Origin: Ranitomeya imitator
Lineage: Eukaryota
DNA: 64,000 nucleotides
Assembly: GCF_032444005.1 (NCBI RefSeq)
Contig: NC_091284.1
Location: forward strand, 826,646,001-826,710,000
Direction: 5' to 3'
Under the pieces are notes generated by a model that ran no database searches, was not told the origin of the DNA, and worked only from the letters and a program-made list of their open reading frames with translations. Both the position numbers and the translations under genes were made by a program. This document shows, piece by piece, positions 49,963 to 62,320 of this stretch (position 1 is the first letter of the stretch; every line of letters starts with the position of its first letter).

Positions 49963-52900
49963 GAGCACAATCATACAGAGTACAATCACACCGGGCACAA
50001 TCACACCGGGCACATCACACCGACTACAATCACACCGAGCACATCACACCGAGCACATCACACCGAGTACAATCACGCCGAGTACAATCACGCCGAGTAC
50101 AATCACACCGACTACAATCACACCGAGCACATCACACCGAGCACATCACACCGAGTACAATTACACCGATACACACCAACTACAATCACACAGAGTACAA
50201 TCACACCGAGTACAATCACACCGGGCACAATCACACCGGGCACATCACACCGACTACAATCACACCGAGCACATCACACCGAGCACATCACACCGAGTAC
50301 AATTACACCGATACACACCAACTACAATCACACAGAGTACAATCACACCGACTACAATCACACCGAGCACAATCACACCGAGTACAATCACACAGAGTAC
50401 AATCACACCGGGCACAATCACACCGGGCACATCACACCGACTACAATCACACCGAGCACATCACACCGAGCACATCACACCGAGTACAATTACACCGATA
50501 CACACCAACTACAATCACACAGAGTACAATCACACCGAGCACATCACACCGAGTACAATCACACAGAGCACAATCACACAGAGCACAATCACACCGAGTA
50601 CAATCACACCGAGCACAATCACACCGAGTACAATCACACCGACTACAATAACACCGAGCACATCACACCGAGTACAATCACACCGAGTACAATCACACCG
50701 ACTACAATCACACAGAGTACAATCACACAGAGTACATCACACCGAGCACATCAGAGTACAATCACACCGAGTACAATCACACCGACTACAATCACACCGA
50801 GCACAATCACACCGAGTACAATCACACCGACTACAATAACACCGAGCACATCACACCGAGTACAATCACACCGAGTACAATCACACCGACTACAATCACA
50901 CAGAGTACAATCACACAGAGTACATCACACCGAGCACATCACACAGAGTACAATCACACCGAGTACAATCACACCGACTACAATCACACCGAGCACAATC
51001 ACACCGACTACAATCACACCGACTACAATCACACCGAGTACAATCACACCGAGTACAATCACACAGAGCACATCACACAGAGTACAATCACACAGAGTAC
51101 AATCACACAGAGTATATCACACAGAGTATATCACACAGAGCACATCACACAGAGTACAATCACACCGAGTACAATCACACCGACTACAATCACACAGAGT
51201 ACAATCACACAGAGCACATCACACCGAGCACATCACACAGAGCACATCACACCGAGCACATCACACTGGGCACATCACACAGAGCACATCACACAGAGTA
51301 CATCACACAGAGTACAATCACACAGAGTACATCACACAGAGCACATCACACAGAGCACATCACACAGAGTACATCACACAGAGTACATCACACTGGAGTA
51401 CATCACACTGGGCACATCACACAGAGTACATCACACAGAGTACATCACACTGGGCACATCACACAGAGTACATCACACAGAGTACATCACACAGAGTACA
51501 TCACACAGAGTACATCACACAGAGTACATCACACAGAGTACATCACACAGAGCACATCACACAGAGTACATCACACAGAGCACATCACACAGAGTACATC
51601 ACACAGAGTACATCACACAGAGTACATCACACTGGAGTACATCACACAGAGTACATCACACAGAGTACATCACACAGAGTACATCACACAGAGCACATCA
51701 CACAGAGCACATCACACAGAGTACATCACACAGAGCACATCACACAGAGTACATCACACAGAGTACAATCACACAGAGTACATCACACAGAGTACATCAC
51801 ACTGGGCACATCACACAGAGTACATCACACAGAGTACATCACACAGAGTACATCACACAGAGCACATCACACAGAGCACATCACACAGAGTACATCACAC
51901 AGAGCACATCACACAGAGCACATCACACAGAGTACATCACACAGAGTACAATCACACAGAGTACATCACACAGAGTACATCACACTGGGCACATCACACA
52001 GAGTACATCACACAGAGTACATCACACAGAGTACATCACACAGAGTACATCACACAGAGTACATCACACAGAGTACATCACACAGAGCACATCACACAGA
52101 GTACATCACACAGAGCACATCACACAGAGTACATCACACAGAGTACAATCACACAGAGCACATCACACAGAGTACATCACACAGAGTACATCACACAGAG
52201 TACATCACACAGAGTACATCACACAGAGTACATCACACAGAGTACATCACACTGGGCACATCACACAGAGTACATCACACAGAGTACATCACACTGAGTA
52301 CATCACACAGAGCACATCACACTGAGTACATCACACAGAGTACATCACACAGAGTACAATCACACAGAGTACATCACACAGAGCACATCACACAGAGTAC
52401 ATCACACAGAGTACATCACACAGAGTACATCACACTGAGTACATCACACAGAGTACATCACACAGAGTACAATCACACAGAGTACATCACACAGAGCACA
52501 TCACACAGAGTACATCACACAGAGTACATCACACAGAGTACATCACACAGAGTACATCACACTGGAGTACATCACACTGGGCACATCACACAGAGTACAT
52601 CACACAGAGTACATCACACAGAGTACATCACACAGAGTACATCACACTGGGCACATCACACAGAGTACATCACACAGAGTACATCACACAGAGTACATCA
52701 CACAGAGTACATCACACAGAGTACAATCACACAGAGTACATCACACTGAGTACATCACACTGAGTACATCACACTGGGCACATCACACTGAGTACATCAC
52801 ACTGGGCACATCACACTGAGTACATCACACTGGGCACATCACACAGAGTACATCACACAGAGTACATCACACTGGGCACATCACACTGGGCACATCACAC

Positions 52901-53204
52901 TGAGTACATCACACTGAGTACATCACACAGAGTACATCACACTGGGCACATCACACTGGGCACATCACACTGGGCACATCACACAGAGTACATCACACAG
53001 AGTACATCACACTGGGCACATCACACTGGGCACATCACACAGAGTACATCACACTGGGCACATCACACTGGGCACATCACACTGGGCACATCACACAGAG
53101 TACATCACACAGAGTACATCACACTGGGCACATCACACTGAGTACATCACACTGGGCACATCACACTGGGCACATTACACAGAGTACATCACACAGAGTA
53201 CATC
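49963..53204. repeat. Minisatellite, 14-15-bp units (ACAATCACACCGAGT / ACATCACACAGAGT / ACATCACACTGGGC)
   Basis: Periodicity read directly. Confidence 0.96.
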
Positions 53205-53277
53205 CTGCTCGCTTTGTCCGGATGCTTCACCTCTTATTCCATCTTGAGACCTGCATGTGATGGTGCAGTCATCTTAC

Positions 53278-53396
53278 CTATTACTGGCTTGGCACGGCAC
53301 GTCGGCGAGGTCTGCAGGAGGGGGCGCAGGGTACGCGGTGACCGGACCACACAGAGCCGGACTGGAGTGATAAAGAGAAGACGGATGTGACAAGAC
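53278..53396 (-). CDS. C2CD3: C2CD3 exon (VLSHPSSLYHSSPALCGPVTAYPAPPPADLADVPCQASN)
   Basis: Strong cgttttccag| and AG|gtaaga sites; 119 nt, phase 0 to 2 fits both neighbours; little recognisable sequence conservation. Confidence 0.78.
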
Positions 53397-53684
53397 CTGG
53401 AAAACGAAAATGAGACTATATTAAGTAAAGTGGCGCAGGCTGAACTATTCCAGGGGGTATACACTGCTCCCTTGCAATCACCACCATTTATATCTGAAGC
53501 TGGAAATGTCGTTGCAGGGCCCTATAACCATCAGCGGCCCGTAGGATGCTGGTATTTGTGTGCGGGCAGAGAACGTATTTGGACCAGGGGGCACATCCGT
53601 TCAGCCGACCCCTGCTCCATACAGTCTCACTACACAGCATCACCACCTACTTTCTTAGTAAACCTTTATAGGGGCATTACCCAC

Positions 53685-53890
53685 CTCAGGACATCTGGGT
53701 GAGGCTTCGTTCCTCAGCCTTCTCTCCTCCTTCAGATGCGAGATGTTTTCCAGAGGGGTGATGGACACTTTGATCTGGCCTTGGCAATGACCCGTGAAAT
53801 CGCCGATATTGTACCATCCGCACACGGACTGAAAGCCGGAAAGTAAAGGAGAGAGATCCACAGAGGCGAAGCCCAGGACTCGTTCCACAT
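53685..53890 (-). CDS. C2CD3: C2CD3 C2-domain exon ([48 protein letters not shown]...CPE)
   Basis: Highly conserved peptide; cttgcag|AT acceptor, GAG|gtgggt donor; 206 nt. Confidence 0.95.
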
Positions 53891-54453
53891 CTGCAAGACA
53901 TCAGAGAAAGGATTGATACCGTGAAGATTGGAGCAAACTGTGCAGTATGTTCACTTTCTCCACGTCAGGCGGGAGACTGCAAAAGGAGCGGGCAGAGCGA
54001 GGATAATCTGCACTGTGCAGCAGGATGGCATCGCTGGTAATGACCAAATGACCCGTCCACCTGCGGGGGTGCATGTGCATACACTAAAGGGGGTTACCGG
54101 CAAATGTAGGTAATCGGCAGGATAGAGCCGCCGGGACACCGAGGCTGGATGGATGGATACCGGTGCAAAACCCTGTAAGTAGTGCGCGCTTCATTGTATC
54201 GGAAACCGGCTACTCTGTCCCAGCAGTGGTGACCGGTAACCGAGGCAATCAGTGGCATGTAACAGGATCTGCAGGACCCATCCATTCTAGAGAACGGGGA
54301 GGATTTTTAATAAGTAAATTGCAAAGTTGCTTCTTTGTTGTTTTACAAGAAACTTTGCAAATGTTACCCAATTAATAAGATGAGAGGGTTAATAATGGTG
54401 CGGCTTTAAAAGCCCGGACAACCCCAGTCCTTGCTCCGTCATCAGTAACTTAC

Positions 54454-54521
54454 CGGCAGCTTTGTGCCACACCTTGAACACTAAGGTTTGTTGAGGGTCG
54501 ACAAGAAGCTCATTGCTCAAC
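54454..54521 (-). CDS. C2CD3: C2CD3 exon (LSNELLVDPQQTLVFKVWHKAA)
   Basis: ctgtag|G acceptor, G|gtaagt donor; 68 nt; not in the ORF track. Confidence 0.93.
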
Positions 54522-54923
54522 CTACAGACACGGAGAATAAGAAAGAAAAACGATGAGTCGGCGAGTCAGTCCAGGGCGCAGGAGTCTTGTCATTTCTGGT
54601 CCCATACAGGCCGTCGGGCGCAGCCGATACCTAGTTTCTATTCTTTCCATATGAATGCGGTTATTCTGCAGCAGGTGATTAGATTTCTGCAAACTCCTTT
54701 CAAATCATTGGGATTTTTGCAGAAATGTCTAATGTGAATCCACTAAATACAAATCTATAGGTTACTCCGTCGATGTCCAATAAGGGGCCACAGCGCCTGG
54801 TCGGGGGCGACAGGAGTAGCAGCAAATTATCCAATGCAAAAACTTTGGGTTAAAAGCGTTCTACATCCATCTGGGGACATTGATGACACATTTCTGACTT
54901 GTTAAAGGTTTTTTGGAACATAC

Positions 54924-55062
54924 CTGACTTGGTGCTGGAAATTCCAGGTTGGGGAGTCTGTACGGTCAATGATTGGGGTAGTTATGGGGGTTGTAGTACC
55001 AGCGACGGGGAAGGACACGGAACAACTAGGGACGGCCACGGCTCTCTCGGTCAGAGGACTGC
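54924..55062 (-). CDS. C2CD3: C2CD3 exon (GSPLTERAVAVPSCSVSFPVAG...TDSPTWNFQHQVR)
   Basis: ttgcag|GC acceptor, AG|gtatgt donor; 139 nt; 68-nt upstream intron. Confidence 0.93.
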
Positions 55063-55130
55063 CTGCAATGACCCGCTGATTAGTACGATTTCACATCTCC
55101 TGGATTTCAGTCCAAGCATCTAATCTGTAC

Positions 55131-55457
55131 CTTTTAAGCTGAGATGCATCGCGCGCTCCACCAGAACATTCACAGAGAACGTGGCTTCCAGCTCCGCGGC
55201 CGCCGGCTCACCGCCGAGACTCGGAGATTTATCACTTTGCTCTTTCTGGGCCGACTTCTTGTGACTGTCTGGCTTCTCGTCCGTATATTCCTGGGAGACT
55301 TCTCGCACCTCGTAATCCTCGGGAAAGCTCTCGTCCTCCGGAGAACTGGGGCATCGGGCGCTTGATGACGGATGATAGGCAGAGCTCAGGCACAGGTGAA
55401 CCCTCACCGCTGCGCCCCACAGATTGGGTGCATTGTGCTTAAAAAGGGGATAAACAC
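55131..55457 (-). CDS. C2CD3: C2CD3 exon (GVYPLFKHNAPNLWGAAVRVHL...TFSVNVLVERAMHLSLK)
   Basis: tttcag|GT acceptor, G|gtacag donor; 327 nt, phase 1 to 1. Confidence 0.93.
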
Positions 55458-55747
55458 CTGAAATATTAGAAGAATCTGAATTAAAGGGGCTGGAGGACAA
55501 GTAGGGTCAGCGCCTTATGCGGTTTAGTGGCCGTTCTCATGAAGAGATTGTGATCGGAGCTGCAGTATCAGCCACTAGACGGTGTACAAAGGTGCCACGT
55601 TCAAGCCGCTCCGGACCCCGATTAATCTGAGGATGATGACCTGCCAACAATATCTAAGTCCTGGACGACGGCTTTCCAGGATTTCTACGTTGATGGGTTA
55701 GGATCGTTGCATTTATTATGGGGGGGCAGCAATGGTCGTTCACCTAC

Positions 55748-56344
55748 CACTAACAGAGAGGGTCCGGGAGGTGTCTTCTGACAGGGCGGTAAGGTCCACG
55801 TAGGCACACCCAAGCAGACGGTCAGTGTCTTGAGGTCTCGGCCCGCTGGTGTCCTTCCCGTAGGAACGCCAGATCTGGATTTCCAGCTTCTCTTCCCGGA
55901 GATACCACACGAGCGGCTGATGCTTCGTCAGCTCCACAGTCCTCGTTTGCTCAAACCCCACCGTGGCCCGTTGGCCGTCCTCGGATACAGATGGCCTTCT
56001 TAACGGCGAGCAGACGGCGTCTTTATCGTACAGCTTGTACCTCAGGTAGCAGTAGGTGCTCTTGTGGAGGCGCTTGTGACCGGCCAGCAGGAGGCAGTGC
56101 AGCGGGAGCCAGATCTTGGGGATAGTAACAGAGAGATTGACCAGTTCGTCATCGCCAGCTGAATCGCCACCCTCATCCTCCGTCCATCCCAGGCCTCGGG
56201 CCGCCTCCAGGACACGTTCTCTGTCAGCGTGATGAGCAAAGCGAACACAAAGCTCCAGGCCGCCGACAACAGCGTCCAACACCCCCGCCGAACTGGGAAG
56301 TGTGGGGTCTTCAGAGACCATTACTGGGAACCAGCCGGAAATTC
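55748..56344 (-). CDS. C2CD3: C2CD3 C2-domain exon (GISGWFPV...GGLEL...YCYLRYKLYD...LREEKLEIQIWR...RTLSVS)
   Basis: cttctag|GA acceptor, G|gtaggt donor; 597 nt, phase 1 to 1. Confidence 0.95.
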
Positions 56345-56548
56345 CTAGAAGAGGACACAGAAGTGTAAGGCGGTCATTACCCAGATCATCAGAGGAGCTG
56401 TCCTCCTCCTACGGGACCGCTGCAGACACCTTTGGGTGTCAGGGCTCAAAATGAGATGTAAAAACCCTAACCCGCGGGTTAGGTCTACAAAGAAACCTGT
56501 ATAGACGTAGATCTGGAATAGTCGCAGTAATACTCAACCACAGGTCAC

Positions 56549-56635
56549 CTGATCTCTTGGTCAGCAGCTCTCTGGTCGGGATCCTCACCACTCCCAGCAG
56601 ATGGTCGCGCGCCGGCTGAGCTCTGCTTGCACCAG
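56549..56635 (-). CDS. C2CD3: C2CD3 exon (AGASRAQPARDHLLGVVRIPTRELLTKRS); earlier exons lie right of the window
   Basis: ttcttgcag|CT acceptor, G|gtgacc donor; 87 nt; LLGVV.IPT.ELL.KRSG motif. Confidence 0.9.
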
Positions 56636-57884
56636 CTGCAAGAAAAAAAAAACGTTCATTAATATCTTCATGTGCAAAATCCTCCGGGCAACATGTATAA
56701 CTGGAGCTTCTATCAGAGAGCGCAGCTGCAGTGCAAAGTATGGGAAGGGGTATGTGCCTTTAATAACGGCAACGACCGATCACTGCTGTTAACCCTTTAC
56801 AGTCTGAGAGGCCAGGAAAACTCGCAGCAGAACGTCCGCGTCTGCCTCTAGCTCGCTCCATCCTCCTCCATAGACCTTAAAGAACAGCGAGGTGACAGTC
56901 TGGATTCGCTGACGGAGCATTTTAGACTGCGATTTTAGTAGCTAGATACTGATCAAACGATCGCAGGGTCAATTCCCCCACAGGAACGTAAAAAAATAAA
57001 AGATATATATATAAAAAAAAAAAAATTCCTGTGTCACGCCAAAGACGCGCCCGGAAACATTAAATATATTTGTTAAATCGATGAATCCGTAAAAGTCCGG
57101 TCATTTAACCCCTTCATGACCCGGGGTATTTTCGTTTTAGTTTTTCGCTCCCCTTCTTCCCAGATCCATAACTTTTTTATTTTTCCGTCACTATGGCCGT
57201 GTGAGGGCTTGTTTTTTCGCGTGACGAGTTGCACTTTTGAACGACACCATTGGTTTTAACATATCTTTTACTGGAAAACAGGAAAAAAAATCCAAGTGCG
57301 GTGAAATTGTAAAAAAGTGCAGTCCCACACATGATTTTTGTTTGGCTTTTTTGCTAGGTTCACTAAATGCTAACACTGACCTGCCATTATGATTCTCCAG
57401 GTCATTACGAGTTCATAGACACCAAACATGTCTACGTTATTTTTTATCTAAGTGGTGAAAAAAAATTCCAAACTTTGCTAAAAAAAAAATAAAAATAAAA
57501 AATTTCGCCATTTTCCGATACCCATAGCGTCTCCATTTTTCGTGATCTCAGGTCGGGTGAGGGCTTATTTTTTGCGCCAAGCTGAAGTTTTTAATTATAC
57601 CATTTTGGTGCAGATACGTTCTTTTGATCACCCGTTATTGCATTTTAATGCAATGTCACGGCGACCAAACAAAAGTAATTCTGGTGTTTTGAATTTTTTT
57701 CTCGCTTTGCCGTTTAGTAATCAGGTTAATCCTTTTTTTCGGGTGATTCTGAACGCAGCGATACCAAATATGTGTATGTTTGATTTTTTTTTTAATTGTT
57801 TTATTTTGAATGAGGCAAAAGGGGGGTGATTTCATCTTTTAGATTTTTTTTTTATATTTTTATAAACATTTTTTTTTTCTGCCA

Positions 57885-60718
57885 TCTATATATATTTGTC
57901 TAAGGTACACTTCCGTCTGTTTGTCTGTAACGGAAATCCCGCGTCACTGATTGGTTGCGGCCGGCGGTCCGCGACCAATCAGTGACGGGCACAGTTCGGC
58001 CGCAAATTCGCCCCTCCCTACTCCCCTCCAGTCAGTGCCCCCATAGCGGTTTAGCAGTCCGCTAACGCTGCTATTAACCCTGAGTGACCAACTTTTTTAC
58101 TATTGATGCTGCCTATGCAGCATCAATAGTAAAAAGATTTAATGTTAAAAATAATAAAAAAAAGAAAAAATCATTATGTTCTCACCTTCCGGCGCCTTTC
58201 CCACTCCTCGCGACGCTCCGGTCCCAAGAATGCATTGCGGCAATGACAGGAGATGACGTAGCGGGCTTGCGAGATGATGACATAACGGTCTCGCGAGACC
58301 GCTACATCAGCAGGGGTTATTGCCGCAATACATTCTTGGGACCGGAGCGTCCGGGAAAGGCCTGGGCTGGATCCGGGGGCCGCGGGAAGGTGGGTATATA
58401 ACTATTTATTTTAATTCTTTTTTTTAACAGGGATATGGTGCCCACACTGCTGTATACTAAGTGGGCTGTGCTATATACTACGTGGGCTGTGTTATATACT
58501 GCATGGGCTGTGTTATATACTACGTGGGCTGTGCAATATACTACGTGGGCTGTGCAATATACTACGTGGGCTGTGCTATATACTACGTGGGCTGTGCTAT
58601 ATACTACGTGGGCTGTGATATATACTACGTGGGCTGTGCTACATACTACTTGGGCTGTGCTACATACTACTTGGGCTGTGTTATATACTACTTGGGCTGT
58701 GTTATAAACTGCGTGAGCTGAGTTATAAACTGCGTGAGCTGTGTTATAAACTGCGTGGCCTGTGTTATACAATGCGTCTCTACTATATACTATGTGGGCT
58801 GTGCTATAAACTATGTGGCTGTTATATACTGCGTGGCCCGTGTTATATACTGCGTGGCCCGTGTTATATACTGCGTGGCCCGTGTTATATACTGCGTGGC
58901 CCGTGTTATATACTGCGTCTCTGCTATATACTACGTGGGCTGTGCTATATACTACGTGGCTGTGTTATATACTACGTGGGCTGTGTTATATACTGCATGG
59001 CCTGTGTTATATACTACGTCTCTGTGCTATATACTACGTGGCTGTGTTATATACTGCGTGTCCTGTGTTATATACTGGGTGGCCTGTGTTATATACTACG
59101 TCTCTACTATATACTATGTGGGCTGTGCTATAAACTATGTGGCTGTTATATACTGCGTGGCCCGTGTTATATACTGCGTGGCCCGTGTTATATACTGCGT
59201 GGCCCGTGTTATATACTGCGTGGCCCGTGTTATATACTACGTCTCTGTGCTATATACTACGTGGCTGTGTTATATACTGCGTGTCCTGTGTTATATACTG
59301 GGTGGCCTGTGTTATATACTACGTCTCTGCTATATACTATGTGGGCTGTGCTATATACTATGTGGGCTGTGTTATATACTACATGAGCTGAGTTATAAAC
59401 TGCGTGAGCTGTGTTGAAAACTGCGTGGCCCATGTTATATACTGCGTCTCTGCTATATACTACGTGGGCTGTGCTATATACTACGTGGCTGTGTTATATA
59501 CTACGTGGGCTGTGTTATATACTGCATGGCCTGTGTTATATACTATGTCTCTGTGCTATATACTACGTGGCTGTGTTATATACTGCGTGTCCTGTGTTAT
59601 ATACTGGGTGGCCTGTGTTATATACTACGTCTCTGCTATATACTATGTGGGCTGTGCTATATACTATGTGGCTGTTATATACTATGTGGGCTGTGTTATA
59701 TACTACATGAGCTGAGTTATAAACTGCGTGAGCTGTGTTGAGAACTGCGTGTCCTGTGTTATATACTGGGTGGCCTGTGTTATATACTACGTCTCTGCTA
59801 TATACTATGTGGGCTGTGTTATATACTACATGAGCTGAGTTATAAACTGCGTGGCCTGTGTTATATAATGCGTCTCTACTATATACTACGTGGCTGTGCT
59901 ATATACTGCATGGGCTGTGTTATATACTATGTCTCTGTGCTATATACTACGTGGGCTGGTATATACTACGTGGCTGTGCTATATACTACGTGGCTGTGTT
60001 ATATACTGCATGGGCTGTGTTATATACAACGTGGGCTGTGTTATATACTACGTGGCTGTGTTATATACTACGTGGCTGTGCTACAAACTACATGGCTATG
60101 CAATATACTGCATGGCTGGGCAATATACTACGTGCCCTGTGCTATATACTACGTGGCTGTGCTATATACTACGTGGGCTGTGTTACATACGACGTGGGTT
60201 GTTATATACTACGTGGCCTGTGTTATATACTACGTGGCCTGTGTTATATACTACGTGGCCTGTGTTATATACTACGTGGCTGGGCAATATACTACGTGCC
60301 CTGTGCTATATACTACGTGGCCTGTGTTATATACTACGTGGGCAGTGTTATATACTGCGTGGGCTGTGCTATATACTACATGGGCTGTGTTATATGCTAT
60401 GTGGCTGTGCTATATACTACGTAGCCTGTGTTATATACTACGTGGGCAGTGTTATATGCTATGTGGCTGTGCTATATACTACGTGACCTGTGTTATATAC
60501 TACATGGGCTGTGTTATATGCTATGTGGCTGTGCTATATACTACGTGGCCTGTGTTATATACTACGCGGGCTGTGTTATATGCTAGGTGGCTGTGCTATA
60601 TACTACGTGGCCTGTGTTATATACTACGTGGGCAGTGTTATATACTGCGTGGGCTGTGCTATAGACTACTATACATATTCTAGAATACCAGATGCGTTAA
60701 AATCGGGCCACCATCTAG
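57885..60718 (+). mobile_element. Non-autonomous Helitron, copy 2
   Basis: A|TCTATATATA 5' end; TTCTAGAATACCAGATGCGTTAAAATCGGGCCACCATCTAG|T 3' end; same subterminal motifs as copy 1; no TSD. Confidence 0.82.
58446..60662. repeat. Minisatellite, ~20-21-bp unit (CTGTGCTATATACTACGTGGG) inside Helitron copy 2
   Basis: Periodicity read directly. Confidence 0.95.
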
Positions 60719-61461
60719 TGCTTCAATAATCTCCATGGGAGACTAGAAGCTGCCATAACCCGATCGCCAGAATTACTCACTTGCTATGAGCGCAGACCAC
60801 CGGGCGGCACTCATAGCAATCTGGCAGTAACAACTATAGAGGTCTGCAGGAGACCTCTGGTTGTCATGCCAACCCATTGGTGACCTGCGATCACCGATGG
60901 GCAGATTTCCGTCACGCTTGCCAGAAGTGCGTGTTAAATGCTGCTGACTGAGTTTGACAGTGGCATTTAAAGGGTTAACAGTCTCGGAAGGATCACAATT
61001 CCTCCCTCGGCTGTTAGAGGCACATGTCAGCTGTTCAAAACAGCTGACATGTGCCGGGAAAGATGTGGGCTCACCGCTGGGGCGTAATAACTAGTGGAGA
61101 CACAGCCAAGGGAGACCCCAGATTTCTGCTTGTTTGCATCTTGTGTATATAAAGCTGTGGCCGCCTTTCCTTTGATCTGGGCATTATATTGATGTGGTCT
61201 CCCTCGGCTGAGTGTCCACTAGTCGGCCCAGTCCCTCAGCCCTTATCTACATGCGTGTCACTTGATAAACGGTAAGATTTTTAATATTAGAGTTAGCACA
61301 GTCCCTATTACATTGCCTTGATGAGGCGGGATGGCTTTCGCTTTTTTTTTATAGCCAAAAAACATGTTACCTGGGAATCGTAAGTTATTTTTATGCACAA
61401 TGCTATTTATTTACTGCAGGGTCTTTAATCGTTAATCGTTGTGTTTCTGTCTTTGGTTTTC

Positions 61462-62320
61462 TCGGTATATAGTATCTGGGACTCAGTATATAGTATATTA
61501 TATACTCAGGAGTATACGGGACTCCATATATTATATACTCAGGAGTATACGGGACTCCATATATTATATACTCAGGAGTATACGGGACTCCATATATTAT
61601 ATACTCAGCAGTATACAGGACTCCATATATTATATACTCAGCAGTATACAGGACTCCATATATTATATACTCAGGAGTAAACGGGACTCCATATATTATA
61701 TGCTCAGGAGTATACGGGACTCCATATATTATATACTCAGGAGTATACTGGACTCCATATATTATATGCTCAGGAGTATACGGGACTCCATATATTATAT
61801 ACTCAGGAGTATACTGGACTCCATATATTATATGCTCAGGAGTATACGGGACTCCATATATTATATACTCAGGAGTATACGGGACTCCATATATTATATG
61901 CTCAGGAGTATACGGGACTCCATATATTATATACTCAGGAGTATACTGGACTCCATATATTATATACTCAGCAGTATACAGGACTCGGTATATTATGTAC
62001 TCAGCAGTATACGGGACTCCATATATTATATACTCAGCAGTATACAGGACTCGGTATATTATGTACTCAGGAGTATACGGGACTCCATATATTATATACT
62101 CAGCAGTATACGGGACTCGGTATATTATGTACTCAGGAGTATACGGGACTCCATATATTATATACTCAGCAGTATACAGGACTCGGTATATTATGTACTC
62201 AGGAGTATACGGGACTCCATATATTATATACTCAGCAGTATACAGGACTCGGTATATTATGTACTCAGGAGTATACGGGACTCCATATATTATACACTCA
62301 GGAGTATACTGGACTCCATA
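61462..62320. repeat. Minisatellite, 33-bp unit (TATATTATATACTCAGGAGTATACGGGACTCCA), abutting the L2 tail
   Basis: Periodicity read directly. Confidence 0.95.

Larger units (their letters stand above)
57105..61082 (+). mobile_element. TTAA piggyBac-like non-autonomous element (57105-57884 plus 60719-~61082) interrupted by Helitron copy 2
   Basis: TTAA|CCCCTTCATGACC start; joined flanks align with the uninterrupted relative near 45930-46000. Confidence 0.65.

Noticed and set aside
60720-60840. Strong donor-like GTGAGT near 60780 as an upstream C2CD3 exon
   Set aside because: It lies in a palindromic part of the TTAA element and I found no C2CD3-like peptide
1-62320. Possible CRISPR arrays
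   Set aside because: Units are head-to-tail with no unique spacers, there are no cas genes, and the context is a spliced vertebrate locus
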